DNA of 64,000 nucleotides from a virus, in the IMG/VR virus record IMGVR_UViG_3300050821_005343, positions 1 to 64,000 of that record, one strand, 5' to 3'. How positions within the stretch are numbered: the stretch's first letter is position 1; each line of letters starts with the position of its first letter. This document shows, in pieces, positions 62,749-64,000 of this stretch. The notes below the pieces were generated by a model. It made no database searches. It was not told where the DNA came from and saw nothing but the letters and a program-made list of their open reading frames with translations. Made by a program: the position numbers and the translations under genes.

Positions 62749-64000
62749 TTAGGCGATCTTGCGACCGTCCGCGTCGTAGGACTTCGGGAACCGCATGCGG
62801 TCGACCATCAGGGCATGAGCCTCGTCCCGAAGGCGGACGCCTTCGCTGCGAGCATCGCCGACGACAGTGGTGCTGCGCGTATGGCTGCCAAGAGCATCGG
62901 CAAGCCGGCTTGTGCCGCCGTTGGCCGCAGCCGCCGTCAGAGCAACGAACGCGCCGGCCACAGCCGCTTCGTTCATGTCCTTGACCGTTGCATCGCCGAG
63001 CTTGGCTGCAACTGCGGCGAGCTTGATTTCGGCAACCGACTTCCCGTCAAAAGGGAACTTGGCGTCGAGCACCTTGCGGGCGGCATCCTTGACCGTCTCG
63101 CGGTCGCGCAGCATGGCGTCGAGCGCTGCAGGAGTCACAGCGGCGTCAGCGAGTTGCTTCTTGAGGACCGCGATTTCGCCGGCAGCGGCGTCGAACTTAG
63201 CCTTGGCGTCGTCGCAATCGGCCTTGTTCGCCTTATCCTTCTTGTCCATATCGTCTTCGTCGTCCTTCGCCTTTTTCTCGGCGTCCTTGAGTTTCGCCTT
63301 GATCGAGGAGAATGCGGTATTCATGTTGCTTGCCGACAGCTCGTCGGCGAACTCGACGGTCACGCCGTCAAAAGCTGCAGTGATGGGCATTTTATATTTC
63401 CTGGTTGTTGAGAGAATGACGGGCTTGCCGTCGGTTTGGGATGATTTAGAATCACCGGGAAGAACGTCTGCGAGTCCGGGAAAGACAGCGTCGACGTTTT
63501 TAAGTTCATCGCCAAAGCGCAGCTTTTCGCCGCCTCTGGCCTGCGGTACGAAAGCCAAATGGTTGGCTCGGATCTTGCGCTGAACGCCGTCGTAAGCTTC
63601 GCCCTTGGGCGTAACGCCAGCCGTCCAATCGATGTCAGTGGTATAGCCCATCGACAATTCGCAGGCATCGCCGCTATCGTAGGCGTCTATTGTTGCCTGA
63701 TCCATCAGCGTGATTGGAACGGAAACATAGTCTCCGTCGCGCACGATCGGGTCTGTGGTCTGCCCTTTGGCGTATTTCTTCCAGTTCTTACTGTCGACCA
63801 TAACGGGCGGGTGGGTCAGCGTTACTGGCCGGTGCGCCATAGAATGCATGGCGTCAACGTGAAAGACCTCTTCGGCCGGACGATAGAGCGTGACCTTAGC
63901 CTTGTCGGGCTGGCCGACCTCGCAGCCCTGGTAGACTTGGACTCCCGTGCGCGCGACTTTAGCGTGGGCCGCCAGATAGCCGCTTTCTGATCTGTGGACG
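62749..64000 (-). CDS. DUF2213 prohead protease/scaffold (5' end beyond the window)
   Basis: ARTG.Q.Y, YRP.EEVF, PVTL.HP, ELSMGY, NHLA.V..ARGG; coiled-coil C-terminus. Confidence 0.92.
   Translation of the reverse strand, partial: VHRSESGYLAAHAKVARTGVQVYQGCEVGQPDKAKVTLYRPAEEVFHVDAMHSMAHRPVTLTHPPVMVDSKNWKKYAKGQTTDPIVRDGDYVSVPITLMDQATIDAYDSGDACELSMGYTTDIDWTAGVTPKGEAYDGVQRKIRANHLAFVPQARGGEKLRFGDELKNVDAVFPGLADVLPGDSKSSQTDGKPVILSTTRKYKMPITAAFDGVTVEFADELSASNMNTAFSSIKAKLKDAEKKAKDDEDDMDKKDKANKADCDDAKAKFDAAAGEIAVLKKQLADAAVTPAALDAMLRDRETVKDAARKVLDAKFPFDGKSVAEIKLAAVAAKLGDATVKDMNEAAVAGAFVALTAAAANGGTSRLADALGSHTRSTTVVGDARSEGVRLRDEAHALMVDRMRFPKSYDADGRKIA

Larger units (their letters stand above)
1..64000 (-). 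mobile_element. Temperate tailed phage genome (partial, non-integrated form)
   Basis: Contiguous head, tail, lysis, integrase, immunity and replication modules; no host housekeeping genes; attP lies internally with phage genes on both sides. Confidence 0.95.

Overview
The whole window is temperate tailed-phage DNA (siphovirus-like), almost all coded on the - strand. The host is probably an alphaproteobacterium, inferred from a PEPxxWA-CTERM protein, a GcrA-like HTH and the tRNA style. Read right to left, the modules are: head genes (DUF2213 protease/scaffold cut by the window end, decoration protein, DUF2184 major capsid), virion fibre and connector genes, tail (tube, G/GT chaperone with a -1 slippery site, 1666-aa tape measure, hub, fibres), and a ~10 kb glycan-enzyme block. 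Then come lysis genes, a coupled operon with ExbB/MotA-like and ExbD/MotB-like membrane proteins, a phosphoesterase, a dNTP diphosphohydrolase, and a tyrosine integrase with an intact attP (tRNA 3' end between two IHF boxes). The left part holds a CI/Cro-like switch, recombination/replication genes, two DNA methyltransferases (one split by an HNH gene), many small accessory ORFs, a likely origin and an initiator-type tRNA-Met. The intact attP with phage genes on both sides indicates the excised or virion form. Terminase and portal are not in the window. Top hunting results: (1) a 1030-aa glycosyl/methyltransferase whose N-terminus resembles the protein encoded just after the major capsid gene; (2) an ArfA-like peptide overprinted in that gene's linker; (3) a phage-encoded ion-motor-like membrane complex; (4) a genome-wide 17-bp pseudo-palindromic operator; (5) several structured antisense RNAs. 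All family assignments come from motif recognition by eye; no database search was run.
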